Positions 52,437 through 64,000 of a stretch of DNA of 64,000 bases are shown here, piece after piece. Origin of the DNA: the human T2T-CHM13v2.0 reference genome, Homo sapiens. How positions within the stretch are numbered: position 1 is the stretch's first letter; each line of letters begins with the position of its first letter. The notes below the pieces were generated by a model. It was given only the letters and a program-made list of their open reading frames with translations, was not told where the DNA came from and did no database searches. The translations under genes and the position numbers were made by a program. The stretch lies in the NCBI RefSeq assembly GCF_009914755.1, contig NC_060945.1, one strand, 5' to 3'.

Positions 52437-53093
52437 TGTTCCCGGACCAGGCTGAGTGTCAGGCAGCTATTTCTTGTGGCCCAATAATGAGATGCAGATG
52501 AACTGGGGAGGAGGAGAGTTTTTATTTCTGAAACCAGTTACAGGGAGAAGGCCTGGAAATTATCACTAGACCAACTCAAAATTACAAAGTTTTCCAGAGC
52601 TTGTATACCTTCTAAGCTCTATGTCTACATGTAAGTGTGCATTCATCTGAAGACTTAAGTGATTAACTTATTTTAATCTGTAACTAATGTCTGAGTCCTG
52701 AAGACCTTCCTCTGCAGCCTCAGTAAATTTACTTATCTAAATGAGTCCAGGTGCTGGGGTGATTACCCTTATCTTGACTTCTGCTAAATCTTGGAGGTCT
52801 GGGGAGTTCCTTCAGACTTCCAATAAACTTGTTTGTGGAAGCCTGGGGAGTTTTTTAACCCCAGTAAAACTTGTTTAATCCTAAATGGGTCCTGTTAAGA
52901 ATTCTTTCATTATTTTGTCATGCGTTAAGGCCCAGGAAAGGCCTGGGCAAAACCCTTGGTGGGCTTTTGTTACATTTCAGCCTTTGTATAGGGGCACTGG
53001 CTTTTCTTAGCTTTTAATATTTAACTTAACTACTCGGTCAGTACTGAAGCAGTTGTTATGGAGGCCTGTGTTAGTGAAAACTGGCCTTCCACA
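52437..53093 (-). mobile_element. ERV1 solo LTR, PABL-like (657 bp)
   Basis: TG...CA termini; 4-bp TSD ctct; reverse complement begins TGTGGAAGGCCAGTTTTCACTAAC, similar to the recalled PABL_A consensus. Confidence 0.65.
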
Positions 53094-53435
53094 CTCTGTT
53101 TTACATACTCTTACAAATCCAAGTTCTAGAAAATTGTTTTCAAATAAATTTATCTTATGCAGCAGCTGTGTTCTGGATTGCAAGTGGATAAAATGAAACT
53201 GAGTGGATTTAACCATGCAGCACCAATAACTACCAGGTAGGGGCTTCCCACGTGGAGGTGTCAAACGAAGTTCGTTCCCTGCACTCCCTCATGCAATCCT
53301 CAAGGCAACATGTGAGATTTGCAATGAAGAAATTATACAACACGCAGAGATCACAGAGCTAGCTAACTGTGACGCTGATGTAACCTGGAAGTTACCAGTC
53401 TTTGAACTGGACGACTGTTACACTGAGCCGTGAAA

Positions 53436-53610
53436 GCTGATGGTTCTCAAAATGTGGCCCCTGGACTAGCAGCACCTGTCCCCACTGGAAACTTGCTGCA
53501 AATGCACATGCTCAGGCGTGGATCCGAAATTTGGGATGGGGCCCAGCCATCTGTGATTGGACAGGTTCTCCAGGTGATTCTGATGCAGCTCAACCTGAGA
53601 ATCATTTCTC
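53436..53610. mobile_element. MER5A-like (hAT) fossil
   Basis: ggttctcaaaatgtggcccctggactagcagca..ggaaacttg..aaatgca..ctccaggtgattctgatgca; boundaries approximate. Confidence 0.7.
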
Positions 53611-54761
53611 TTGGGGAAGTGGCTTTGTGGAGGAATGCCACTACAGATCCAATACAAAGAATGGCCCTGGGAGGTTGGCAGTCAGGTGTTCAGGTCAGGT
53701 TTCCTCAAAGGCAAGACTCCTATATGACAGGAAGATGATCCTGCGACTTCATAACTACAGATGTGTGTGTGTATATGTATCTATGTGTGTGTGTCTATGC
53801 CATTTGTATACACGTGTTTTTTTTTTTTCTTCCTACAATGTGATGAAGAATCAAATTGCAGGCTCTTCATCCACAGAAATTCCCCCTTGTGATCTGAGGC
53901 TCTGCCGAGCAGTGGCCCCTCCCCAAAGCAGCCCCAGTTCTCCACTTCCCTCCTGGCCCCCACCCTTGATCATGGCTCCTGAGCATTTTGGGTTTTGTCC
54001 AGGGGCTCACTAAGAGCTCTGAGTAGGAAGTTCTCGCTACAAAGATTCAGCTGTGGGCGAAAACCGTATCATTTCCCCAGGTGACGTGGGGTGTGAGGGC
54101 AGGGCTGGAGTGCCCCGGGTTCACTGGGGAGCTGCAGAGACTATCACTTGCCTTCCAGGAACCCTTACCGTGTGCCAGCTTCCACAGGACTGTGGTGGAA
54201 ATGTGGTCAAGGTCTTAGGAGCAGGCCACACAGGGATGGTTCATGCACTGAGGGAGGGGTGTGGAGCCTCTGATTCTGATGGGACTCCCAGGGGTGCTCA
54301 CAATGGCAAATGGGCTGCTGTTACCTCCTAGCACTGGACTCTGGGTCACCCGCAAGTGTAGGTCACTTCCTTGCTGGTCAGTAATGGGGCACAAGTCACC
54401 ACAGCAGGCGCCGCTCCTGAAACTCTCTTCAGGGATAGCACGGGCGGAAGTGCAGGCAGCAGGCAGAGCATGGAGGTCCGTGTGGTGCTCAGTCACTATG
54501 GCAACTAGAGATCACAGAGCCACAGTCACCATCCCCCTAGGGCACCTGCCCAGGGAAAAGGAGAAATGTAAAACCACAAGCATACAATTAAGAACAGGTG
54601 CAGAGACCCAGCGGCTTCCAGGGCAGCTTTGAAGGGATCCCTCATCTCTCTGGTCCCAGGACATCTGTGCCAAGGGCCAAGCATGGGCCTGATTATAAGG
54701 AGCAGCACTGAGGTTCCGATTAAATGCTCAACCCTGCCTGATCTCTTACCAGGAAAGGGTG

Positions 54762-55123
54762 TGATATGTCCCCACCCAAATCTCATGTTCAATTGTAATC
54801 CCAAGTATTGGAGGTGGGGCCTGGTGGGAGGTGACTGGATCATGGGGGTGGATTTCCACCTTGCTCTTCTCGTGATAGAATTCTCACGAGATCTGGTTTC
54901 AAAGTGTGTGGCACCTCCTCCTTCTCTCTCTTCCTCCTGCCCTGATCTTGTAAGAGGTGCCTGCTTCCCTGTCGCCTTGCGCCATGATTGTAAGTTTCCT
55001 GAGGCCTTCCCAGCCATGCTTCCTATACAGCCTGCAGATCCCTGAGTCAATTAAACCTCTTTTCTTTATAAATTACCCAGTCTCAGGTAGTTCTTTACAG
55101 CAGTACAAGAACAGACTAATACA
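54762..55123 (+). mobile_element. MST-type MaLR solo LTR
   Basis: tgatatg..ccccacccaaatctcatg..attaaacctcttttctttataaattacccagtctcaggtagttcttta..gactaataca; TSD (g/a)ggtg. Confidence 0.85.
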
Positions 55124-57298
55124 AGGTGTCCATGGGGAAAGACACATGGAGAGATTTGGGCAGAGAAGAAAGAGAGGCTGGAAATTTGGAGCTGCCAATT
55201 CCCCTGAACCCCTGTTGTCTACAGAGGCAGCTCCCCTTTGCTCTCCCTTCTCTTTCTCCCCTCCTCTCTCCTCCTTTCCCTCCCATCCCCCATGGAACCC
55301 AACACTCCTCTATTAAAAAGCCTTGCAATGACTGCACCTGGGGAAGTTGCCTCCTGAGCTGATGCCACTTCCCCAGGACCCACATCACACCTCTCATTGC
55401 CTCCAGTCCCAGAAAACAGTTGAGACCATCAGAGGCAGGGTGAGGAGGGCCCAAGACCCCCCTGGGAGGAGATTGCCTCAACATGGAGCTGCAGGTCCAC
55501 TCTAGCAGGTAGCAGCTAGAGCCTGGGAGCAAGTGTGGGGTGGAGTCTGACAGTGCCTGCCCCACATGGAAGAGAGCGAGCCTGGATTAGGCTGGGTTTC
55601 AGGGTTTAATATGTTGGCTCAACCCCTGAGAAAGTGGTTAATAATCCTCCAGGTTGGCTAATTGGACAAAGTTAATGAGATTGAAAAGCTTGAAATCCTG
55701 GCACGCTCTAGAGAACAGAGCTCAAAGACTCAAGGAAATAGAAATGTAGAAAGGTGCCTACTATTTGCAACTGACTCAGACCTTCCCTAATATGCTTCTT
55801 CCCCAAGGGGCCCGGAGGAAGAGAGGAAATGCATTGGTGAGTCCTTCACCAGCTCTGTGGGCCGTCCTCTGTGGGCTGGAGGCAGCGCCACTCTAAGCAC
55901 CAGAGTAGGGGCGGCTCTTAACCATCAGAGACAAGGCAGGTCTCAATGCCCCAAGGAGCGAGGAATCGCAGGTAACAGTATTTTGACCCATAATTGTCTA
56001 TGGCAATGGGTCCTTGGTCACAGGCACCCCAGACATGAGACAGAGACCTACTAAGTGCTGCTTGACATATTTAGGTGGGGAAAGCCCAGGTCTGCTAGGA
56101 AGAATCCTGCCTCATGGCTAAATCCCAGGTACCAGACTTAAGGCGGTTTGCCACCTTTATCACAGGGTTCCAACATGAGGGCCCTTGAACTCTCCTATGG
56201 CGAGAGGCCATCTGTTTCCTGCTGGGATCCTGACTGAGAGGATGGTGCGTTCACAGACCTCACATTTCAGTGAGGGGGAGGGTCAGCACAAAGGTAATTA
56301 TGCAAATTAACACAGCAGGAAGTTCTCCTTATCAGGAGATAAACAGTACAAAGTCATGCACAGCATATCCTGTTAAACCAAAATACAAAGTAAATAGTGA
56401 GAAGTAGGGTTTGATTTAGAGTCTATCTTGATCAATTAAAAATTATGAACATTGGTCCATTTTACCTTGTATTTTGAAAAGGTAAATTAGGCAAAATTGC
56501 AACTATGCCCAAATTCTTAAAATAATAGTAAGTCAACATTAATGGTGGCAGTAGAGTTCTTATACATTTTCTGACTATGTTTTATGATAGCAGAACGCAA
56601 CATTTTTAACTTCATGTTTGACTTAATACATCATGTGTTCAGCAAAAGAGTCATTTTTACAAAAATATGTATGGCCTTTAATTTTCCCAAGAGCTCTTCA
56701 TCATCCTTTGAATTAAATTATTTGTTTTGTCAGGGCTGGTTTGTTTCTGTTTGTTTGTTTTTTCTTTTATCCCCCTAAGTAAGGAAACAAAGGACTAGTT
56801 GTTGACAGTCTCATACCCTATTGTTACTTAGTCTCATTTTTCCAGAACCTCCTTTGTCAGTAGCTTTGTGTATAATTTGAGTAGTCCCCCACATAATGTT
56901 AATCAATTCCATGAAACCTTACAGCGTTTCCAAGATTGAAAATTTCCCTTTGCCATCCATTGGTGTTATATTTGTATTGTGTTGTGGAAAATTTGACAAT
57001 CAGAAAAACTGATTGCCAAGGGCGTGGACACAATGGTTAGAGGCAGAGAGATGCTCAGGCTAAACAGGGCAGGTGTTCAGTGAGGGTGCAGCCTTTAAAT
57101 GGTGCGTTTGTGGCAAATATTTTCAAGGCAGTCTGACCACTTTTGCTTCTCTACCAACTTTCTAATACGGGGTCCGAATAACGAATGCTTGGAGGGCATC
57201 CCTGGCCTACCCCAGCCCCAGGCACAGTGCCTGGCACACCCTTAGCTTTCCAGAAATAGTTATTGACTGGATGAATTGCTAATTATGGTAAATGGCAT

Positions 57299-57687
57299 TG
57301 GTAAAAAAAAAAAAAACTTCAGCCAAATTAAATTTAAAGGAGTTTAATTGAGCAATGAATGATTTGCGATGCGAATCAGGCAGCCTTCTGAGCCAGGGTA
57401 GGCTTAGAGACTCCAGCTACGTGATGGAAGCATATTTATGGACAGAAAAAGGAGAGTGAAGTACGGAAAACAGAAGTGAGGTAGGGATGCAGCTGCATTG
57501 TTTACAGCTCGGCATTTGCCTATTTGGATACAGTTCGAACAGTTGGCTGCATTTGATTGGCCAAAACTCAGTGATTGGCACAGGTGTAGGCCAATCTGCT
57601 TACACCTCCACTTGTTAGTGTTCACGACTTACAGAGAAACCTTTAGGCTGAACTTAAGTATGTACGGAGGCTAAACCTGGTTTAACA
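57299..57687 (-). mobile_element. MER57-like ERV1 solo LTR
   Basis: tgattggccaaaactcagtgattggcac..agaaacctttaggctgaactta..ttaaca; TSD gcat. Confidence 0.7.
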
Positions 57688-58143
57688 GCATAAAGAAAAA
57701 CAAAAGAGCCAGGAAAGAGGACACCAGAGAGGCCTTAAAGAGTCTAGAGGCAGGGAAGGCCTCTGTGCGGGGTGAAGTGGGAGGAAGTGGCTGAGGAAAA
57801 GAGGAGCATGGGGCAGGAAGTACGGGTCAGGTCGGGCGAGGGTACCACGTGTGAGTGTGAGGCAGGAGCGCAGCAAGGTGGAGATGGGGAAGGCGCGATG
57901 ACGTGGGCCCTGCAATGACGCTTGTCTCTGTAAACCACAGAGCAGCAGCGGTGGACAGGGACAGAGGCAGTAAACACAGGGCATGGTCCCCTCCCCACCC
58001 CAGGGCCAGCAGCCCTAAGGAAGAGTGACTTAGGAGAGTAGTGGCTGACCAGCTCCAGCAGGGCCTGGGGTCTATAATCCTGCTTGAGGGCTTCCAGAAT
58101 TCCAGTGCTGCATGCTACTTTAGGTTTAGAAATAAAAGTATTC

Positions 58144-58428
58144 AGCTGGGTTTGGTGGCTCATGGCTGTAATCCCAGCGCTTTGGGAGGCCAAGGCGGGA
58201 GGATCGCTTGAGCCCAGGAGTTTAAGACCACCCTGGGCAACATAGCAAGACCCTGTCTTTACAAAAAATAAAAAAAATGAGACTGGCTTGGTGGTATTCA
58301 CCTATAGTCCCACTACTCAGGAGACTAAGGTAGCAGGATCTCTTGAATTAAGAGGTTGAGGGTATAGTGGGCTGTGATTGCACCACTGCACTCCAGCCTG
58401 GGGAACAGAGTGAGACCCCATCTCTTAA

Positions 58429-58459
<31 letters not shown>

Positions 58460-58463
58460 GAAA
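58144..58463 (+). mobile_element. AluJ-like (old) element
   Basis: Diverged dimer with GAGCCCAGGAGTT AluJ-type left arm; TSD aaaag(t/c)attc. Confidence 0.88.
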
Positions 58464-59409
58464 AGCATTCTCATAGTGTGATTCCCTTGTACCTGTAATA
58501 GGTCCATTGCCTGATGCACTCTGCAAATCAATATGCTAAGACCCTGGGCTGCAGCAGAGAAAGAGGCTTAATCATGGGGCTACCAGAAGAGGAAATGGCA
58601 GGAAACCTCAACTGTATCTCCCCAAGGAGTGTGGGGCTAGGGTTTTTAAGGGTTTTGGCGTAGGCTGCAGTGTGGAGATGGTTGATAGGTTGGAGAGTGG
58701 AATGAAGCCGTGGACAGGGAGATGGAAAAATGGTGTTCTCATGCTGACTCGGTTCCTGTTGTGGGGATCTTCAAACCGGTTGGCAACAGCTGTTCTGCTG
58801 GAATTCAGGATCTGCTTAAGCAATTCTTAAACAGAAGCCTTACGATTCTAACAGCAGGGAAGTTCCTGTCTAGAGGAACAGTGGGGTGCAGATGGTTGGT
58901 ATCTCATGCTATGGGACTTTCCCTTACAAGGAAGTGGGTCAAAGTGTAGCCTGATTAATGTTTAATTGTAACGATATTTCTGTCCAGAACTATTCTTAAC
59001 CCTGAACCATGGCTCCACCATGATTTCAGATAGCAGCAGCAGCAGCTCCCTTCACCCTCCGCCTTTCTTTCTTTCTGCACCCTTTTCTACCTTCTGTCCC
59101 TTCCCTGCCTCCCTCTATTAATGGTGCCCTGACCACAGTTCCTCCCCTTTCTCCACTATCTACTTGCCCACTCAAAACCACCACCATAACCACAAAATGC
59201 TGTGTGCAGTCCCAACAAGAGTGTCCTCTGAGGCTGCGATCTCAGGGCAGGAGAACAGAGAAGTCATCCAGGGTCAGGGCCAGCCCTCATACCAGCTGGG
59301 GGAAGAGCAGGTGGAGTTGAAGGGTTTCTCCAAGGTGGAGGTCCCAAAACCCCCGCTCAGGAAGGCATTGATGCAGGGCGGTGCTAGACATCCCCTAGAC
59401 AGGCTCCGG

Positions 59410-60466
<1,057 letters not shown>

Positions 60467-61339
60467 CTGGCCGGGGGCCTGCTCTGAGGATGCTGACGCC
60501 AAGGAGACTCAAGAGAGCTGGCAAAGGCCGGGAACAGCCCAAGGTGGTAGAGATACCTGAAATAGGAATCACGCACATCTTGAGATCAAGATGAATATCT
60601 TAATATTTCAGCTTATGATAAAGACATTTGGTGATCGAAACTTTTCTCTACCCAGAGTCAGTCACATGCTGCAGTCTCCATATCTGGTCAGCTCCTGCCA
60701 GAGCCAACCCTTCTGCAGACAGCAGCTGTCCACGCTGGAGAAATTACAAAAAATAACTGCCTGATGCCAGCGGAGAGTGAATAAGATGAAACCAATTCTG
60801 GAAGGGCGTTGACACTTGGAAGAAAGGAGGGCAGCAGGGAGCTTCTGTCATGAAGGCTGTGGTGGTGGCGGTCGTAGCCATGACAAATGACCAAAGGAAA
60901 ACAGAAAACCGCAGGCTTTCTGGTCTGCAGAGCCAGCAGACTAAGCTCATGGCAGCCGCAGCTGATAAAAAGCAAGTGAGCACCCAGGACAGAAAAGGCC
61001 ACAAGGAGGAGCCTCAAATCCTGTGGGTAAACTCTGCCCAAATTAGATCATCAGAGCTTCAGCCTTTGGTGACAGAAGCCCTCATCTGCACGTCTTCCCA
61101 GCAAAATGGAAAGCGAGCATTCCCCATACAAAAACCAAGTGCACTAGACTTCCAGCCACTGGGCTGAGCTCTTCCCCCAACTCCGACTCTCCACCGCTCC
61201 CAGCTGTCCTAATTGAAACTCAGAGTGGAATACCAAGGTCTTTTTAAAACAAACAAACAATATTCAAACTTCTCATCAAGGACGCAGTTGAGAAAACAGC
61301 AACAGTTTGTTGTTGAGCCACAAATTAAGCAAAACCTTG

Positions 61340-61870
61340 CTTCTGACAAAGGACAGAAAATGTAGAGGATTTCTACAATCCAAAGAACAAAACAGCCCAA
61401 TACAAACTTGAAACATATTTGAACAGGCATTTCCCAAAGGAAGATATACAAATATTCAATAAGTACATGAATGAATGCCCAGTGTCATTAATATTAGCTA
61501 AAAAGGACATGATGGGGGCAACTGGTACAATGTGAATATGCACTATGGATTACAAAAATTATATCAATGTGAAATTTCTTAATTTGATAATTATACTCTA
61601 TATAATATCTTGTTTTTACAAAATAGATACTGAAATAGGCCTATCATACTCAAAAGGTTGTGAAGAAATGGTGTATGTCTACCGTGTATTTATACCTTCT
61701 CTACATGCTATTCTCCCTCTGTCTCTCTCTCTCTCTCTCAGCAAGATGATAAAGCAAATGGGGCAAAACGCAAATAATTGCTGAGTCTAGTTAAGGAGTA
61801 TAGAGGAGTTTCATTCTCTATTCTTGCAAGTTTTCTTTAAGTTTAAAATTATACAAAAATAAATTACAAA
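61340..61870 (+). mobile_element. Old L1M 3' fragments
   Basis: gaacaggcatttcccaaaggaagatatacaaat..aataagtacatgaa and tatcaatgtgaaatttc..attcttgcaa..tttct L1MC/ME-type motifs; boundaries approximate. Confidence 0.55.
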
Positions 61871-63196
61871 ACATCAAAAACACTAAAAAGTACTGAAGTT
61901 TTCAAGGACCAATGGGGTCTTGTCAACCGGACAAAACAGTGGCATGAAGAAGCTACCACTGGCCAAAGTTGTGTCTGTCTCTGCATCATAAAGAAAAGTG
62001 ATTGGAGTGGATTGAAATGCATTGACTCAGTGACATCCACAAGCCCATGGTGACTATGCAAAAAAGATCCAGAACAAAGGGACTTGTCACCTTTGAAGCA
62101 TCTGCTAAACTAACACCTCGCTTATAAAATTGGTCATACAAGGGAAAGAATGAAAGGTTTTATTCTGTTTTTCTAGGAGGAGCTGCATTTCATGGGAACC
62201 AAATAAATCCATGATTTACAGCCTAATAAATTCAGAAGGAACAGTGGAGTTGGAAAAACACCATCTCGCAAACCATACTTGTAGTGGGCTGAATCATGAC
62301 CGCAAAGATATCAGGCCCTAATCGTTATCTGGGGTTAACTAACAGTGGATCAACCAGATAGGCTATGCCTTAGGCTGTAATGAAGGAGGAAGTCTGTAAC
62401 ACCACAAATGTGAATTCCAGCTAAGAACATTACCGTGAATCCACCAAACCTTTAGCTCCAGCTTCTTTGGCAGTAAGAAGTGCCCAGAGCTTAAAGAACA
62501 AGAGAGCCCAGACAAGCCCAGAAGATGAGATATTCTGCCAGGCAGCCCGCCCAGTCCCTTCAAAGCCAGCAACATGAAAGGGACTGCACTGAATGAAAAG
62601 AATGGGGTGCAGGGATTTCCATGAAGCTGACAGCCTCCAGCTTCAGACTCTGCACAGGCACAGGCCCCTTGCAAGGTCCAGACAGGGTGTCCACCTGGCC
62701 CTGTGTTTCATCTATTTTGCATTAGTGAAGGATTTTAACCATAATCGTGCCTCTGCCACTTTCCCCTCTAATTTCAATCAGACATGTGTCCCCTCAGGTG
62801 GAAGGGCATTGAAGTGGCCACAGGCACTTTTAGAATCTGTTTCAGGGGCACTAATTGAATTGAATCAAGGGTGGATGTGGTGGTTTGGGTTCCAGAGAGT
62901 ATTTGTGTATGCCACTGGTTTGCAGTAATTTTCATATGTAGTACAGTTTCTGCCACCTGTCCTGGAGTAGTATCACTTCCAGAAATACTTCTAACACTCA
63001 TTTTGCTACTTACCTAGAATTGAGACACGTAAGTGCAGGGTCAAACTTCAAATCCCAGTATGAACCTGTCCTCCAGCTCCAGCACCATTGCGTGTGGGAG
63101 TGCAGAAGAAATTAGGTTCAAAGTGCACTGAGTCAGAAGCTGGGCTATGGAGATCATTTCAATCATCAGAAGTGGAAAACTGTAAGAGTGCGCTGA

Positions 63197-63914
<718 letters not shown>

Positions 63915-64000
63915 TAGCAGTTTCGTGCACGGTGTTATGTTTGTATGTGAAGATGAATGTTTTATGCCCCTCAATTATCAGTAATGAACAAACCACACTA

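Overview
Human genomic DNA (it carries a human-specific AluYb8) containing the + strand gene UBASH3A (STS-2/TULA; chr21q22.3) from intron 2 to beyond the poly(A) signal, then about 23 kb of repeat-rich intergenic DNA. I assembled 13 coding exons (3-15) by hand. All have GT-AG boundaries with consistent phases and total 1819 nt including the stop. They encode the end of the UBA region, the 2H phosphoesterase domain (HxT motifs), the SH3 domain and the RHGE histidine-phosphatase domain. Exons 1-2 lie upstream of the window. Also present: a truncated antisense U6 pseudogene, Alus, MaLR/ERV LTRs, DNA-transposon fossils and several simple or tandem repeats. Two structures are not explained by standard annotation. 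(1) A three-copy templated-insertion chain flanks exon 8: copy A 17454-17579, inverted copy B inside an MLT2 LTR, and copy C in intron 8 with fold-back hairpins. It allows mutually exclusive pre-mRNA pairings that either leave exon 8 free or loop it out. (2) An inverted duplication with ~320-bp arms (~94% identical) surrounds a 777-bp spacer about 5.5 kb downstream of the poly(A) signal. Repeat-family names and variant IDs are from memory and need checking against Dfam/RepeatMasker/dbSNP. Identities come from manual alignment.
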